Source: Pelomyxa schiedti (taxonomy: Eukaryota; Protista; Evosea). From it: a DNA stretch of 64,000 nucleotides. Positions 50,265 to 63,215 of this stretch are shown piece by piece. Within the stretch, counting starts at the first letter, position 1. The number at the start of each line of letters is the position of its first letter. The stretch covers positions 10,827 through 74,826 of the forward strand of contig JAHLWZ010000034.1 in the NCBI GenBank assembly GCA_020536535.1, read 5' to 3'. Below the pieces are notes generated by a model. It did not search any database and had not been told where the DNA came from. It saw only the letters and a list, made by a program, of their open reading frames with translations. The translations under genes were made by a program, and so were the position numbers.

Positions 50265-52560
50265 TCACGATTTTCCAGAAGCGGAAGTCGTGGTGCTAGT
50301 GCCGGAATCATCATCATTCTCAGGATCGTTCTCATCCCCAGTCCCAGTCACGTTGTTGTGCTTGTGAGGCTCAAGGTCAGAGGCGAAAAGGTGACTGAGG
50401 AGGTCGACGGCTACTTTCACGGAAAGGAACGGCTGGTATTCGTTCTCCTTGTTTGGCTTGGAATCCCCTCCCGGGTAGTCCTTGGCATTGTCCTCGTCAT
50501 AGAATATGGTGTTGCCGTCGAACCCGCCGTTCTGCGCCGGGTCGCCGGCCCACTTCATGAGCTGTGCGCGGTCAATGACCCGGTCCGCGTCCGCGCTTTG
50601 CTGGTTCACGTCGTCCACGACGGTGCGGGCAAGCTCCGCGACGCTGAACCGTTTGCGGAACAGTTCTTCGCCTATTCTGATGTCTTCTGGGCTCAGGTGG
50701 GGTGCGTTGTGGTCCACAGAGGCGGATGCGGCCCCTCTTATTCCTAGTGATGCTCCGAATCCTGCTTTGTAGGCACTTTGAATGTGCGGAACCTTGATGG
50801 GTGTGAGTGAAAACCTGAAAACCGCGTTGTAATTAATAATTGAACTGGAACTTACTTGCTCGGCTGGGTTCTCGTCGCTTGTTCTCCAGGCTTTTGGATG
50901 CAGCAAGTTGGTAATCTCATCGAGTACGCGTTGCTTTTGACCATCAACCAAAGATATTACTTGATCTCGTAGCCCCTTATCTCTACCTGAAAGCTCCCCA
51001 AAAATAGAATCTATTACACGCATCTGTTTTTGTAAAACATTGAGAGGTAAATAGGCAAAGGAAAAGGGGAGGACTTGCTCTGCTTGACAGGAAGTAAACG
51101 CGTCTACAAGTTTACTGATATGACGTTGGCAGGGCTTTTCAGGTAGTTTTTCACAGACCCCAAAAATGAATTGCATTGCTTGCAGGAGATGTGCGTGAAC
51201 CTGTGGAGTATCGGTTTCAATGTATGCAGGACAAGTTGATTGTTTACAGCAGGTTGTGAGGAATAAGCCGGCAATCCTGTTTTGTAAGTCGACTTCACAA
51301 GATTTACAACTGGAACAGATTGAGTTCGGTCGTAGATCTCATCAACATTCGGGACACAGCGACGAACAATGTCCACTATGGCAGAATCTCTCATTTTGGG
51401 AAACTGTTGAATGGGAGCCTCTTTCTTGGATGGACATGTTAGTTTTAACTTTTCAGTAAAGGCACTCACATCAGTGCAAGAAGCTGGACTCAAAAAGAAA
51501 GCAGCAAGTCGTGACAGTTGTGGATGTAATTCTGGAGGTGCAGAGTCATCCGCAACAGCAATATTGGCAATTTCTTCCTTCATGGAGTTACACAGAGATA
51601 CAAAAAAATTAACTTTAGAATGCCTACATCGGTGACTCCTCCAACTCTGCGTCTCTTTGGTTGCAACAGTGGCTTAGCAGCAGGCGGGTGTGGAGGTCCC
51701 CTCTTTGCTGGAACATAGGGATGTCCAGAACTAAAACTACTTGGCAGTTGCCTCGATGCAGAGGATTTGGATGAGGCCGAAAAAAAGGATGTGATGTCAC
51801 CTAAGTTGGTACTAGTAGGAGCAGGGCCGCCAGGGCGACGAGAAGCTGACAAAGAAGAACTAGCCGCGCTATTCTTGGAAGTAGAAACGCCCCCGGCACT
51901 GGCAGCAGTGCTTTTTTTCTTTGTCAAAGGCACAGTGGTGACTACATCAGTGTGAGACTGGGATTCAGAAGCCAATGATGATGAAGTGGATGATTCCAAA
52001 TGGGAAGGTGAAGATACAGGCACAACTTTGGATTTTGTGGAGTGGGTCTTGGTGGAGTCAACTGCAGGCTTGGTAGATTTTGCGGCAGAAGAAGCGGTAA
52101 ACGTGGGAGACGACGAATAAGACTCATGGGAGGACTTTTTTTCGTCTGGTGTGCTTCCGCACATTTCGCAGGCGGTGTTTGTAGGCTGGTTCTCGAAAGT
52201 GCAGGCAGAGCAAACCCAATTATGGGCTGGATCCGCAGCAGCACTGTGCAGCACCTTTTTGGGCTTGGGCTTCGCAGTTGCTGTCGATTTCGGTTTTTTC
52301 TTACTGCTACCGTGGCTGTAGTCGTCCTCGTCCTCGTCGCCCTCGACCGAGACTGGGGCTGAGTCCTCAGGCTCCTCCTCCCTGTGGGCTCCGGTTTTCG
52401 ATGTACCTGACGACGACGTGGGCGTCGTGGATGAGTACGAAACAAGCCAGTCCAGGGCGGCATCAAAATCGCCCGAGCAGGCATCTAATGCCTTTCGGCA
52501 CTCGTCCGGTTGGAATCCAAGTTCCACCAACCTGTCCCGGTCGTCGTCTTTGCTCGCCAT
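50265..52560 (-). CDS. UBA + RanBP2/NZF zinc finger + uncharacterised helical C-terminal domain
   Basis: LVELGFQPDECRKALDACSGDFDAALDWL (UBA); WVCSACTFENQPTNTACEMCG (NZF with TF motif); three large exons joined by short GT-AG introns near 51600 and 51201-51247. Confidence 0.85.
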
Positions 52561-52719
52561 CGTAGCGCCACCAAGGGCTTTGTGTTTTTTGAAAGAAATT
52601 TAGAAAAACAAAATGGGGCTTTTGGTTGTTTAAACTATAGAAAACATGTGTGAGGATTGTACAGGGTGTGTTTAGTTGGTGATTGTGTTGGTGATGCATG
52701 ATAATGGTACGAATGGTGG

Positions 52720-53742
52720 TTAGCCATTATCAGTAGAAACTGTTGATTTCCTGTGCCTGAGAATATTACGCACATCCTTGATTTCAGGGAAGTGCAAGGC
52801 CTGCAAGATACTTAAACAAAAAGCAAACTCCTGTTACAAGGGGAATTACATAAAAGAACGGAATCAAGTCCAAAAGGAAGTCATCTTGAAGCTTGTCACC
52901 TTCCCAGTTGGGGAGAACCAATCCATTTGCTGTTGGCGTTGAATGAATACAGCAGCACGCACACATCAACCAACCTGGTTGAGCAAACGCCCTTTCATCA
53001 TCATCTACAAGTATAATTTGTTCCAAAGGTTTCCCCAAACGTTGCAGATCTTTAAGATACAAAACTCCGTTGGATGTGCAGTCCTTTTTTGTAAGAAATT
53101 AGTGGGTTGATGGAAACACGCTTGTAGTTACTTGTCTAAACAGCCGCTGAGACACGACGTGATTTTTATCTATTTGGTCTATGATGGGGTTGGCATACTC
53201 CTTCGAGATGATTAAATTGGACTGTTCAACTTTGATGTATGGGTACTTGAATACTTGAAGTAAATATAACCACATTGTACCACTGGGAAACCTGCATGCA
53301 AGTTAAAACTGACTGGGGCGAACCGCGTGGGGACTCGACCTGATTGAGGAAGTACTCAACATGAGGCCGCTTCATGACATAAAACAAGATGGATGCATTG
53401 TGCGCAGTCGGTACCTCCAGAGTGAAATGGCAGTAAGATACCGTATGAGGGGACGAGTGCACCTACGAAATCATTTAGCAGACGTGGCTAGTAGAGTGAA
53501 AAAGAAGTACTAAAGTGCCGTCGAGGTCAAGAACTAAAGTCTTCCTCGGTGCAGTGGGTATCCTCTTGGGAAGTAGAGCCACTGATATTGATTTCGATGC
53601 AGAATTGACAACCGTTTCAACAACCGCCGCCGCGACTGCTATTGGTGAAACTACCGACCGGGGCACTTTTTCTTTGCGCCACGTGAAAAACTGTGAGTTG
53701 GATAATGTGACAGCCAATATAATGGACCGTCCAACACCAGGG
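52720..53742 (-). CDS. CTDNEP1: CTDNEP1/Nem1/Dullard-like HAD phosphatase (FCP1/SCP family); first exon in gap and at 63386-63418
   Basis: RKTLVLDLDGTL|VHS, KRPHVEYFL, VIFTSS..EYANPIID, YLKDL, IILVDD, DDFLLDLIPF. Confidence 0.8.
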
Positions 53743-53842
53743 NNNNNNNNNNNNNNNNNNNNNNNNNNNNNNNNNNNNNNNNNNNNNNNNNNNNNNNNNN
53801 NNNNNNNNNNNNNNNNNNNNNNNNNNNNNNNNNNNNNNNNNN
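53743..53842. other. Scaffold gap (100 N), probably corresponds to 63336-63879
   Basis: Both flanks recur around 63336-63879. Confidence 0.9.
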
Positions 53843-56800
53843 TGAGATCCTAAAAAATACAAACAAAAGGGGTACAGAAAGAAGTGGTCAGTGGCTGCTT
53901 GTGGTAGATTTAGCCACTTTTGAGGTGCTGGTGGTGAGAAGAACGCTGTTGATTCTTTCAGTGAGAGATTGCAGCCTACTTATGGCCTCCACGAGTGGTG
54001 TCCGATCTTCAGATTTGGTTGTTGTGTATCGTAGCAACTCCTTTTTTTGCCGACCGGATTTAGTGTGAATTTAGTTTCAGGTTGTATTGTGTTGAAAAAA
54101 GAAAATGTTCACACCTGGGTAAATAGGTAGTAAACAGAAATCCTGCCAAGAGGCTGAAGAAGTAGCAATGAGAACTTTTTGCCGGAGGTAGTTTCGGTAT
54201 CCTTGTACAATTATTTAATACGCAATAGGGGTAAGCTTCCTAACCATAAGCCACTGTTTGAACAACGAAAAGTGAGCAATTGAGTGGTCTAATCTCTCGA
54301 TCCTGTTGTGGTAACTCTCTACGTATACCTCATGCACTCTAAGCAATGATTCGAACTGGCGGAGTCTAAGTTTTTTCCCCTTTCCCATTCCACAGACTTC
54401 TTACCCTGCTAGCAAATATCTCTGAAAAAGAAAATCTAAAAGAAGGGAGCTTGACGATTGCTTGAAGTTCTGTCAGGAACCTTAGGATAACATGTAGATG
54501 TTAGTCTAGAGATGTTAGGAAGTTGTTGAAAGCTCACTGTTGCTGTTCAGAAACAAGCTCCTTCAAATTTCCGGCAATTGCCCGATAGTTTTCTGCAGAG
54601 ATTAGCGGCATAGCACTACTGCTTGTGCATGATACTCCAAGTGGATCACAAAATTCCTTGAGTTCATTTCAGGTGAAAAAACTCAGAGAATACATGAAAC
54701 CTTTAAGACTAATACTAGGTCACTAGTGTAAGTCTCTTCCGTTGACACGAAGTTATCAATAAGTGCAGCTCGTTTTTTTAAATTGTCTTGCTCAACCATT
54801 TCCCAGTATCCCTTTGAGCCTTCAGTATCTTCAGCTTGCTGAGCGGAAAATAAGTTTTGCAGAAGCATGCTATGGAATGCCGATAGTGCTTCCTTAAGGT
54901 CTGATACCCACACCTCTCTGGTATCTTTAGATGCCTTACACTCAAAAACACCCTCGGCACAAAACAGAGTGAAGGATTTGCTTGCTGTATGAAGTGAACA
55001 AGCAGTGAGCCCCACTGTACTCTTGTACTTGTACTTGTTGTTGAGTTTCTTTGTTGAAGTCAACACAATGATGTCATTCAGAAGCCACATGTGCATTGAC
55101 CTTCCATTAATTTTCATTGGGCCATCTCTTATCAGCCTGTTTTTGTTTTGTTTGGTGCAGGCATTGTTTATTTAGAAACAGGAATGAATTGAGGAAAAAA
55201 AATACTTCGTACTTTCTGGTAGAGTTATTGGAGAGACGGATATCAAAGTTTTCTATTTTTGATTCGATTCCCCGAAGGATCTGGAGATACAGCCTGAGTG
55301 TGTACCATTTTATTTTGAGTCACATACCTCTATGTTGTCGGCCGTGAGTTTGTGTGTATTAGTGTACTCTGCTAGTTCACGAACTAAGCTGAGTGCATTT
55401 TGGAGTGGTTGCCAATCAGGATGTTGTTGTGGAGTAGACCGATGCATGTCACTTAAGAGTAGTACATCTTTTGTTGAGGTTGTTTTTTGCGTTATTTGTT
55501 TATCTTCACAGAATTATATCATACAACGAGGGATTCTTTGTACAGGCCTATAAAATTGAGTGAGATAATTGAAAACAAGTACTTGGGACAACGTAATGAG
55601 GAGGGCTTCCAGCTTTAGTCCAAGCAGAGCGGGTGTATTGTTCATTTTCTGAGGGATTCATTAGGATAAAGCCTCCGTCAAGTGGAGATACCCTCAGATA
55701 TTCTCTAAATTGTACATTTCTTTTAATAGCTGAATCCAGCGTTGACATTGCCATTTGGTGGTTGTTGATGTAATACTTATACAGTTTCAAAAAGGTCAAC
55801 TAGAAGAGGTAGGGTTATTACAAAACAAAAAAGCAGGCGGAAAGAAAAGTACTTGCTGAACAAATACACTGCCAAAAGTAACGGAATCTGTCCAACCTTG
55901 TACACAATCATGAAGGAATTGCCTGAATCTAGTTCATACATTACTTTTTTTTGTTTGGATATGAAACATGGCTCCAAGGTTACCTGGTGTGACATTTATG
56001 AAGTACTTCTACATTGGCAAAGAGATGGAAAATTTCATCCTTGGATAGTCCTTTGGGGTCTCTTCTCAAGACTGTCAGAAAATTCTGTGTACTTCAAAAT
56101 CAATATGCAAAAATTGATTTCACGCACCTCGATGATGCTCTCAAGGCATTGGACATATGTCGTTTCAGTCTGGAGCACTTCCGTTGCTATGTTAAATCTT
56201 TTTTTCAGCATTGCTGGCAGCCTTCTTGCTACATCAGGAGGAACATTTTGTACCCAGGAAGTCGAGGAAGAGGAAGAAAGATTCGAGTCCGGGCTGTGGT
56301 TCTCTGTGGATGTTGAGGTGCTTCCCGAGAGTTGATTATTCTGTGAGTCATTTATGCTAAATGACTAAGGTTCTTAGAATGGGCCTGCGTATACCTGCAT
56401 TGCCTCGTACAGTGAACCGACAGACATCGAGTGCCCTCGAGTGGCTCTTTTTCCCACATATAGAGGGGTTGGTTGAGGAAGCAGTGACGGATTTGGTTGT
56501 TGTGGTGAAGTGATAAGGTGTGGTGAAGACTTGAATTGTGACACAGATATAGGGTGCTGTTGCTGCAAAGGTGAAGAAGAACGCCCTGAATCAGGTAGAA
56601 CCCGGGCAATTACGGATGGAACAGTAGTCCCATTTCTCACAGTTAGAAGTATACCAGGCAGTGGAGCAGCAATCCCATTGTTTGTATTTGTAGTAGTTGC
56701 ATTTGTAGTTGAATTGTTGAAAGTTGGAGAGAAAGTCCTTTGTGGTGGTGATTGTCCTAGAACTTGTGGTTTTGGTTCTAGTGTGAAGGGTGTGGAATTG

Positions 56801-57114
56801 TCTCCCATAATGGGGATTGCGGCAGACGGGTGAGTGGGTGGAGATAACAGCAGCGGATTTCGCGACCTCCCAAGAAAGACCGGGATGTGACGTGGCTTGA
56901 GGTCCAAAACGCACGTGGGGGGTGCAGATATGGCTGTCACAGCACTGGGAAGAAGAACAGGTGAGGAGCGGGTTGGCAGCGCGCCATTATGGGACTCGGT
57001 GGCAGGGGGCTTTGGGTCGACTCCAACTACTACGGGGGTAGTTGGCGACGTAGATGCCAAAGCGCTCTTGATTATGGGTGAGGGTAACGAAAGAGGGAAA
57101 ATATGGAGTACCAT
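53843..57114 (-). CDS. RhoGEF (DH-PH followed by second DH-like domain), Pro/Ser-rich N-terminus; 3' end in gap or 63645-63879
   Basis: TETTYVQCL, FLKLYKYYINNH, PVQRIPR..LLL.DMHRSTPQQHPDW, PH MWLLNDIIV..REVWVSDL, second NFVSTEETYTSDL. Confidence 0.85.
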
Positions 57115-57235
57115 CGTTAATGCCCTATCGCCTTTTCTTTTCTTTCGTAGGTTTTTGTTTGTTTGTTGTTTATTGCGGTGGTGTCCGCTGAGTGGTTTTT
57201 TTCGGCTGTGACAAATGACGAAAATTGATGTCGAT

Positions 57236-60200
57236 CTAATACTGCGAACTCGATTTGGGCAGCGACGCTGGAGATGAGGGCACCTCGCCGATGCGATTTC
57301 CCACACTGACCAGTGTCTGCGGAGCGAGTTATGGGAGTAGGTTTCATGGAAAATCAGTACCTCGATTGGTGCAAGGGAATTGTTGAGCAGGTCACTGTCG
57401 AGACTGATTTTTCCCTTCTGGAACAAGAGAACAATTGTGGAGCCCCCAAATGCGAAATATCCAATCTCCTCTCCCCTATGTATTTGTTTTCACTTTGTTA
57501 TGCGAATTAGACATAGCTAGTAGTAATTACTTATGAACATGGTCGCCGGGGTTCTTTGTCCATTGAATACTTCCAACTAAAGTAGCACCCACAGAAACCC
57601 AACAAACCTGTTCGCAGTAAAAACGGGGAGAATTGCAAAGAAAGATGACTGGAAAAAATCTCACCTGGCCAAAATTCTCTGTGGAAATCAGCATGTAACA
57701 GCGTTTGTTTTCTGTGAATACCGATATATTTTGCCTGATAGCCATTGGGTTCACCTGGCCTGGTTATTCTTCTTTTTATTAATGTAAAGACAATACCGTA
57801 TAGTACGTTCCGTCAATGTCGTGCCTGGTCCCGAGGATTCCATCTACAGGTGAGTGGTACCTCTTAAAATAAAATTAGTATGAAGGAAGTCTCGAATTCT
57901 CTAAGCGTACGTGGTAATCCTGTGGAGATAAACGGGCAATTGCAATGGACCCATCAGAGAACATTGAGGCAATTTCTTCATTTCCACCAAGTAAGTGCGC
58001 AAGTGTAAAACCAATTCCTTTAATCTAATAAGGAAAAGTATGAAGTTATGTGTCTTTGACCTTTTATCCATATCCGGGTAGCTGACTGCACTGTAGCAAA
58101 GGCACTCATACGACAATCTGCTGGGGAAACAGCAATTGTCTAGGACAGTTATTGGTGGTGCACATGGCAAATACGCTTTACAGGATTGGCTTCCTCGTCC
58201 ACAGGTCTGGCTCCAGGCTTCAGCTTGCGATAAAAAAATTCATTGAAGCATTGAAATGAGGGAATTGGGTCTAGAACAAATTTGAGGTGAGTTCGGTTAT
58301 AATACAGGGAGAATAAACCAAGAATTTCTTCAGTATTCAGGTGGTGATAGTTTATAAATGGAATAATCTCCTTGATGCTTTTTTTCGAGGTGTAGAGTTC
58401 CCCTTGTCTAATGGACATATGTTTTAGCACCTCATGCACCCGCGCAAGATGGACAGCTTCATTAATATTAGAAGATTAATATGCTGAAATCAAACCTTTT
58501 CTTCCTCCCCAGTTGGAATACACTATATAGGATGCATTAATGAATACGTGAAAAGGAATCATGTGGAACTTAACTCATTCTCATTGAAGATTTTATGTAG
58601 GTTGGTATTCTTTCTTCTAATACTTGTCCTGTCTGAAGGGACTTAGACTTACAAACACAGTTTATGCTCTCTTACCTTTCTATCTTTAAAGTAAATACAA
58701 TTTGCACGAAGCTGTTGATGGTGAGGTGAACCAATATCTGTACGTGGTTGATGTTCAACGGACTTTAAATGAGGAGAAGTATGGGCAAAGCTGGTAACTT
58801 GTAGAAGTCAGCACAGACAAGTAAACAGGAAAATACCTGCATCAGATAGCTTCTTTCCACTTGAATGGCTCACCATATCCCATATGTAGAGTGGGTATGG
58901 AAGAAGGCGGACTTCATTAAGGGGGTCTGGGGTTGGAAAGAACTTGCCATTAGACCAATAATAAAATCTATTGGATACCTGAAAGAAGCCAAGAGCAAAG
59001 ATCTTGCCATGAGATGGCACCATCTTTGTCTGAGTCCAGTTGGTCATACTTCGTAATTTAGATGAGAAAGAAAAACAGAAGGACAACCAGTTCTTCCAAA
59101 TATTCAGGTGGGATTGGAGAGTTGATAGCCCCTGCTATTGCATTTAATTCTGGTTCTTCAATCAAGCCATTGTGATTAAAGTCATACAAAGTGCAAATTT
59201 CCTTCCAGAACTGTTCAAAAACAGCTATTTTGATATAGTATTATCATATTAGACACTTCCTAGGAGGAGTGAGTATGCGCCATACTTCTCTTATCACATA
59301 AGGACATAATAACATGGAGCTGGCTTGAGCTGCCTACCTAAACAAGTACGGGAGAAATTAAATTCACTTAATAGTGTTTACTTGTACCTTCCTTTTCTTA
59401 GGTTCTTCCAGACTAAGCCACTTCTCCACTGAATTATTGAAAGGAAGGTTACTTGAAGTATGTGAATTCCCAGGTGGTGTTGCATTTAGTTATTAAGTCT
59501 GGGCAATCCAAACCCAATGTCAAACTCCACTTTGCCCAGAAAATCAGAGGAGCTGATGGTATCCCAATCCCAGACTTCAAATAACACAGTAAAATGTGTT
59601 GCTGTGGCTGGAACAACACTATCATTTTATCAGGAGAAGAATGCAAAGCAAAAAAAAACATACAAGTGGAAGGTTTCATCCCACTTGGGGTCAAGGGTTT
59701 TCATTATGGTACGTGATCTGCATTCTTTTCCAGCAAACTTGATAATGCAATATGGGTCTGACTAAAAGCACTGGGGTTAAATATTATCGTTTTTAGTTTT
59801 GGAGACTACCAATCCATTAAGATCAGCTGCCAGCACACCTTTTGCTTCAATTACTAGCATTGTGAGTACAAAGGTAAATTCGTCTGTAATTACCTTTGAT
59901 TTCAAGAAGTCCTCTGGGAAGAAATTCTAGTGGAACAGCACCACCGGGAGGTGGAGAAGGTGCCCTGCTACGACGCGGAGAAATAAGCAAATTAAGGGAG
60001 GGGTCAGTCCCAAGCCCAGTTCCAGAGTTGATGGGGAGGTCAGGTATGTGAGGTGATGGTGAAGGAGACAAGAGGGTAGTGGAATTATGGGAGGGCAAGG
60101 TTGATGCCCTCTGCTCTATGGGTGATTCAGCTGGAACAACAGTGATGATAGGTTGGGGTATGACTGGGGAACTAAGAGGAGGTAATAGTGGTAACTCAGG

Positions 60201-60655
60201 AAGTGGTAGAACCTGATTGAACAGTTGATAAATAGGGAAAAAAAAATTCAATGATTTATGTTGTAATCTATGTCAAAGCTCATTTTGACGAGTAATATTT
60301 CGATAATATTAGTATAACAGACCATGGGTGCAATCTTCACAGAATCCTGGTGGGCTGAAGGGCCTATGACCACAGGTACGTCCGCGCGTGGGCAATTATG
60401 GGTTATCCCCATCGTCTTCCCATCAATCGATTGTTTTGGCGGGGGAGACGCCTCACGTGGCACCCCATGTGGAAAAGCACCAAAGGCGGCCACATCTGAC
60501 AAGGATCTGTTGCGACCCAGGGAGCTGGGAGTAGGGGGTGGTGTCAGGGTGCGTCTCAGAGTCTTAGTGGAAAGACTGTTCCCACAACGTGTTGCTGCGT
60601 CGTGTTGGTAATCCTTGTTGGGTGCCCCGAGGTGGTTGGACTGCTCCGCCCCCAT
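57236..60655 (-). CDS. PSD2: Phosphatidylserine decarboxylase type II (Psd2-like: C2, EF-hand, PSD)
   Basis: MGAEQS N-terminus; C2 [17 protein letters not shown]; EF-hand [13 protein letters not shown]; [39 protein letters not shown] autoproteolysis motif. Confidence 0.93.
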
Positions 60656-60709
60656 CCGTTTTCCTCTTCCTTCAAATTTTTTGATTTTCAAATTCAAAGA
60701 AGGTGAGAT

Positions 60710-62322
60710 CTACAAAACGTCCGCCACAAACAGACCCGGAACGGTGTTAGATTTGTTTTGTGTTCCGTTTGTTACGGATTCGTTCCTCAACTGTGAGAAG
60801 TTCCGACCAGTGTCTTGGTATAAATAGCACACGTTCCACTGCCCAACCGGTGCTGTGTCCCCCTTCCCGTAGGTAGGTGTGGCCTGTAGGTACTTGGGAG
60901 CCCCACCAAATATCACATAGCCCTCTTGTATTTGGCACACATTGGAAGGTGTGAACGAGGCGAGGCTCAGGAATGCCCCACCGTGTTCAGACGCAACATC
61001 AAATATTCGTCTCTTCATTGGTTCCTTGGTCAGGTCTGCCAAGGTAATCATTCTGTACCCTGGGTATGTGGCATTTGACCTCCCAATGCCTAGGGATGCG
61101 ATCACATTCAGAGTCACAACNNNNNNNNNNNNNNNNNNNNNNNNNNNNNNNNNNNNNNNNNNNNNNNNNNNNNNNNNNNNNNNNNNNNNNNNNNNNNNNN
61201 NNNNNNNNNNNNNNNNNNNNACTGTTGAGGACTGGCAGAAAATGAACTTTGTGCGATTGAGACTCCAGTTGCGATCACACCCAAAGAAGTGATTTGTTGG
61301 GTTACGAGCTGCGGTTGCACTGTGTAAAATCCTATTTCCTCAATTGGTTCTTCAGCCGGGACCCGAAATGTGCGAAACGGGGTGACATGGCTTTCAAAGG
61401 ACTGTTTGCATGACAGGAGAAACGGAAGGCAAGGAAGAAGATCAACATTCTTGAGTTCTGTCTGTGATTGTGCAATTTGTGCAGATGGTACGTCAAGTTC
61501 CTCAATCAATTTCTTGATATTGGTGACTGCACGAGAGTTTTGAAAGAGAGAGGACGTTGAGTTATTGGGTGAGGTGCCTTCAGTACACACCCTTCTCACA
61601 GTTGAATGCTTCGATTTCGGAAATCAATACGCGTTCTCTTCCACGAAGTTCCTCTCGCAGTTGAGAAAACAATTTGTGAACATCAGCTTTGACTGCTTCG
61701 CAGCTCTTCAAAAGGCGTTGGCACATTTTTCACCAGTGAGGGATGGAACACCAAACATACCTCGTCAACGCGCTGCTGTGCTAGAGCCAGCTGGCTTTTC
61801 CTTGCACACACCGCGTCGCCCAGCTTCGACAGGAGAGCCCTCCCGTCGTCCAGCTGCCTCCTCATCCGCTGCGCCGCGTCGTCCAGCGACTCGCAGGCGT
61901 GCGGCATTCCGGTTTTTGAGTCTCTGTGTGGCCCCAGAAGCAAGCAGTGGGCGCACACAGCCACTTCGTCCTTCACACAGAACAAATCAAGCTTCTTCTT
62001 GTGCACGGCGCACCTCGATTTTTTCTTCTGGTCCTTCTGCGCCGCTACTTCAGAAGTTGCAGTTGCAGTTGTTCCCGGTGCGTTGTTGTTGCAGGCGTTT
62101 GGCGGGGGTGATGACAGGGGCGAGGGGGTGTGCCACGAGAGAACCTTCATGGCATGGAGCTGGGCTGAGCAGGGGCCGCACAACAACCCGCAGTTTTGGC
62201 ATGACAGGGTCGCTGCGGCACGGTCGCACGACGAGCACATATGGTTATCACTGGTACCTGAACCAAACGAAATGTGGGTGCAAACAAGAATGATGGGACG
62301 ATGTCTCACCGTCTCGCTGCAT
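60710..62322 (-). CDS. B-box zinc-finger / coiled-coil protein, paralogue 3 (interrupted by gap)
   Basis: Same B-boxes (CAVHKKKLDLFCVKDEVAVCAHCLLLGPH) and same C-terminal domain (GRSNATYPGYRM..GQWNVCYLY..PGLFVAD) as paralogues 1-2. Confidence 0.85.
61121..61220. other. Scaffold gap (100 N); paralogue alignment implies ~320 bp missing
   Basis: SPQQ to VTLNV spans ~26520-26840 in paralogue 1. Confidence 0.85.
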
Positions 62323-62453
62323 TGGTACTAAGGCTCCAACGATAACAAAAAAAAAGAGACTTCCCGTAATCAACAAGTTGGTCGGGAGAGGCACTAGGTG
62401 TTATTTTTTGTTCTTCCCACAGTTACATTTGACTTCAACCTGTCCCACGTCAA

Positions 62454-63115
62454 TCAGTGAACTCCCAACAAATGAGCCAACAGGTATGTGATCGCCAATT
62501 CCAGTACATTCTCCAGGTTCTGCAGATGACTAGCAAACGCCTTAGCACGGCTCAGAGCCCCATGAGCCCCATCCTTATCTACTTGTGCCCGCCTAGCCAA
62601 TGCTCGCCCGTCAATGCAGCAGCTGCGCATATCCGCACACATCTTACGCAGTGGTATCACCCAGCCTGTGGGAGGTGCAGACCCATCAGCAGGGGGTCGG
62701 GGTAAATATCTCCGCCATTGCGTTATAGCATCTATGACCTTCGGATCGAGATTTTGGGTTAGTGTTCGTTAATTGAGAGAAGAGGAGATTACTGGAGCTC
62801 TATTTGATGCAACGCCAAAGAGATCTGCATTAAGGTCTACACCAGGCGCCTCTGGGTCTCCACCACGTAAAAGGGCAATAGACCTGGGCTCCATATCTTG
62901 CAGCTGCTTTACTGACAGTACTCTTTGTGGGGCTGCCTCCCTGTCCTCCCCTCGGTCCCAGCTTGCTGCTCCACACGCTTCGCGGCAACTTCTAAGTGTA
63001 GCAACAAGTTGTAAGAGGTCAGTTCCAACAGTAGTGCTCAGACCCTCTCTATGCATAGCATGTGTGCGTTGCATGGCCCTCAAGTCCTGCAAGTGTGAAA
63101 ACAAAACAAAAAAAA
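62454..63115 (-). CDS. 3' fragment of hypothetical helical protein
   Basis: Two open exons (~62780-63090 and ~62454-62740) with splice-like boundaries; no motif recognised. Confidence 0.5.
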
Positions 63116-63215
63116 NNNNNNNNNNNNNNNNNNNNNNNNNNNNNNNNNNNNNNNNNNNNNNNNNNNNNNNNNNNNNNNNNNNNNNNNNNNNNNNNNNNNN
63201 NNNNNNNNNNNNNNN
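63116..63215. other. Scaffold gap (100 N)
   Basis: Run of exactly 100 N. Confidence 1.

Noticed and set aside
51104-51250. Apparent frameshift between overlapping ORFs 51104-51583 and 50265-51176
   Set aside because: Explained by a ~47-nt GT-AG intron at about 51201-51247
56374-57426. 350-aa ORF apparently fusing the Psd2 tail to the RhoGEF start
   Set aside because: Read-through across a Psd2 intron and spacer; spliced Psd2 stops at 57236 and RhoGEF starts at 57114
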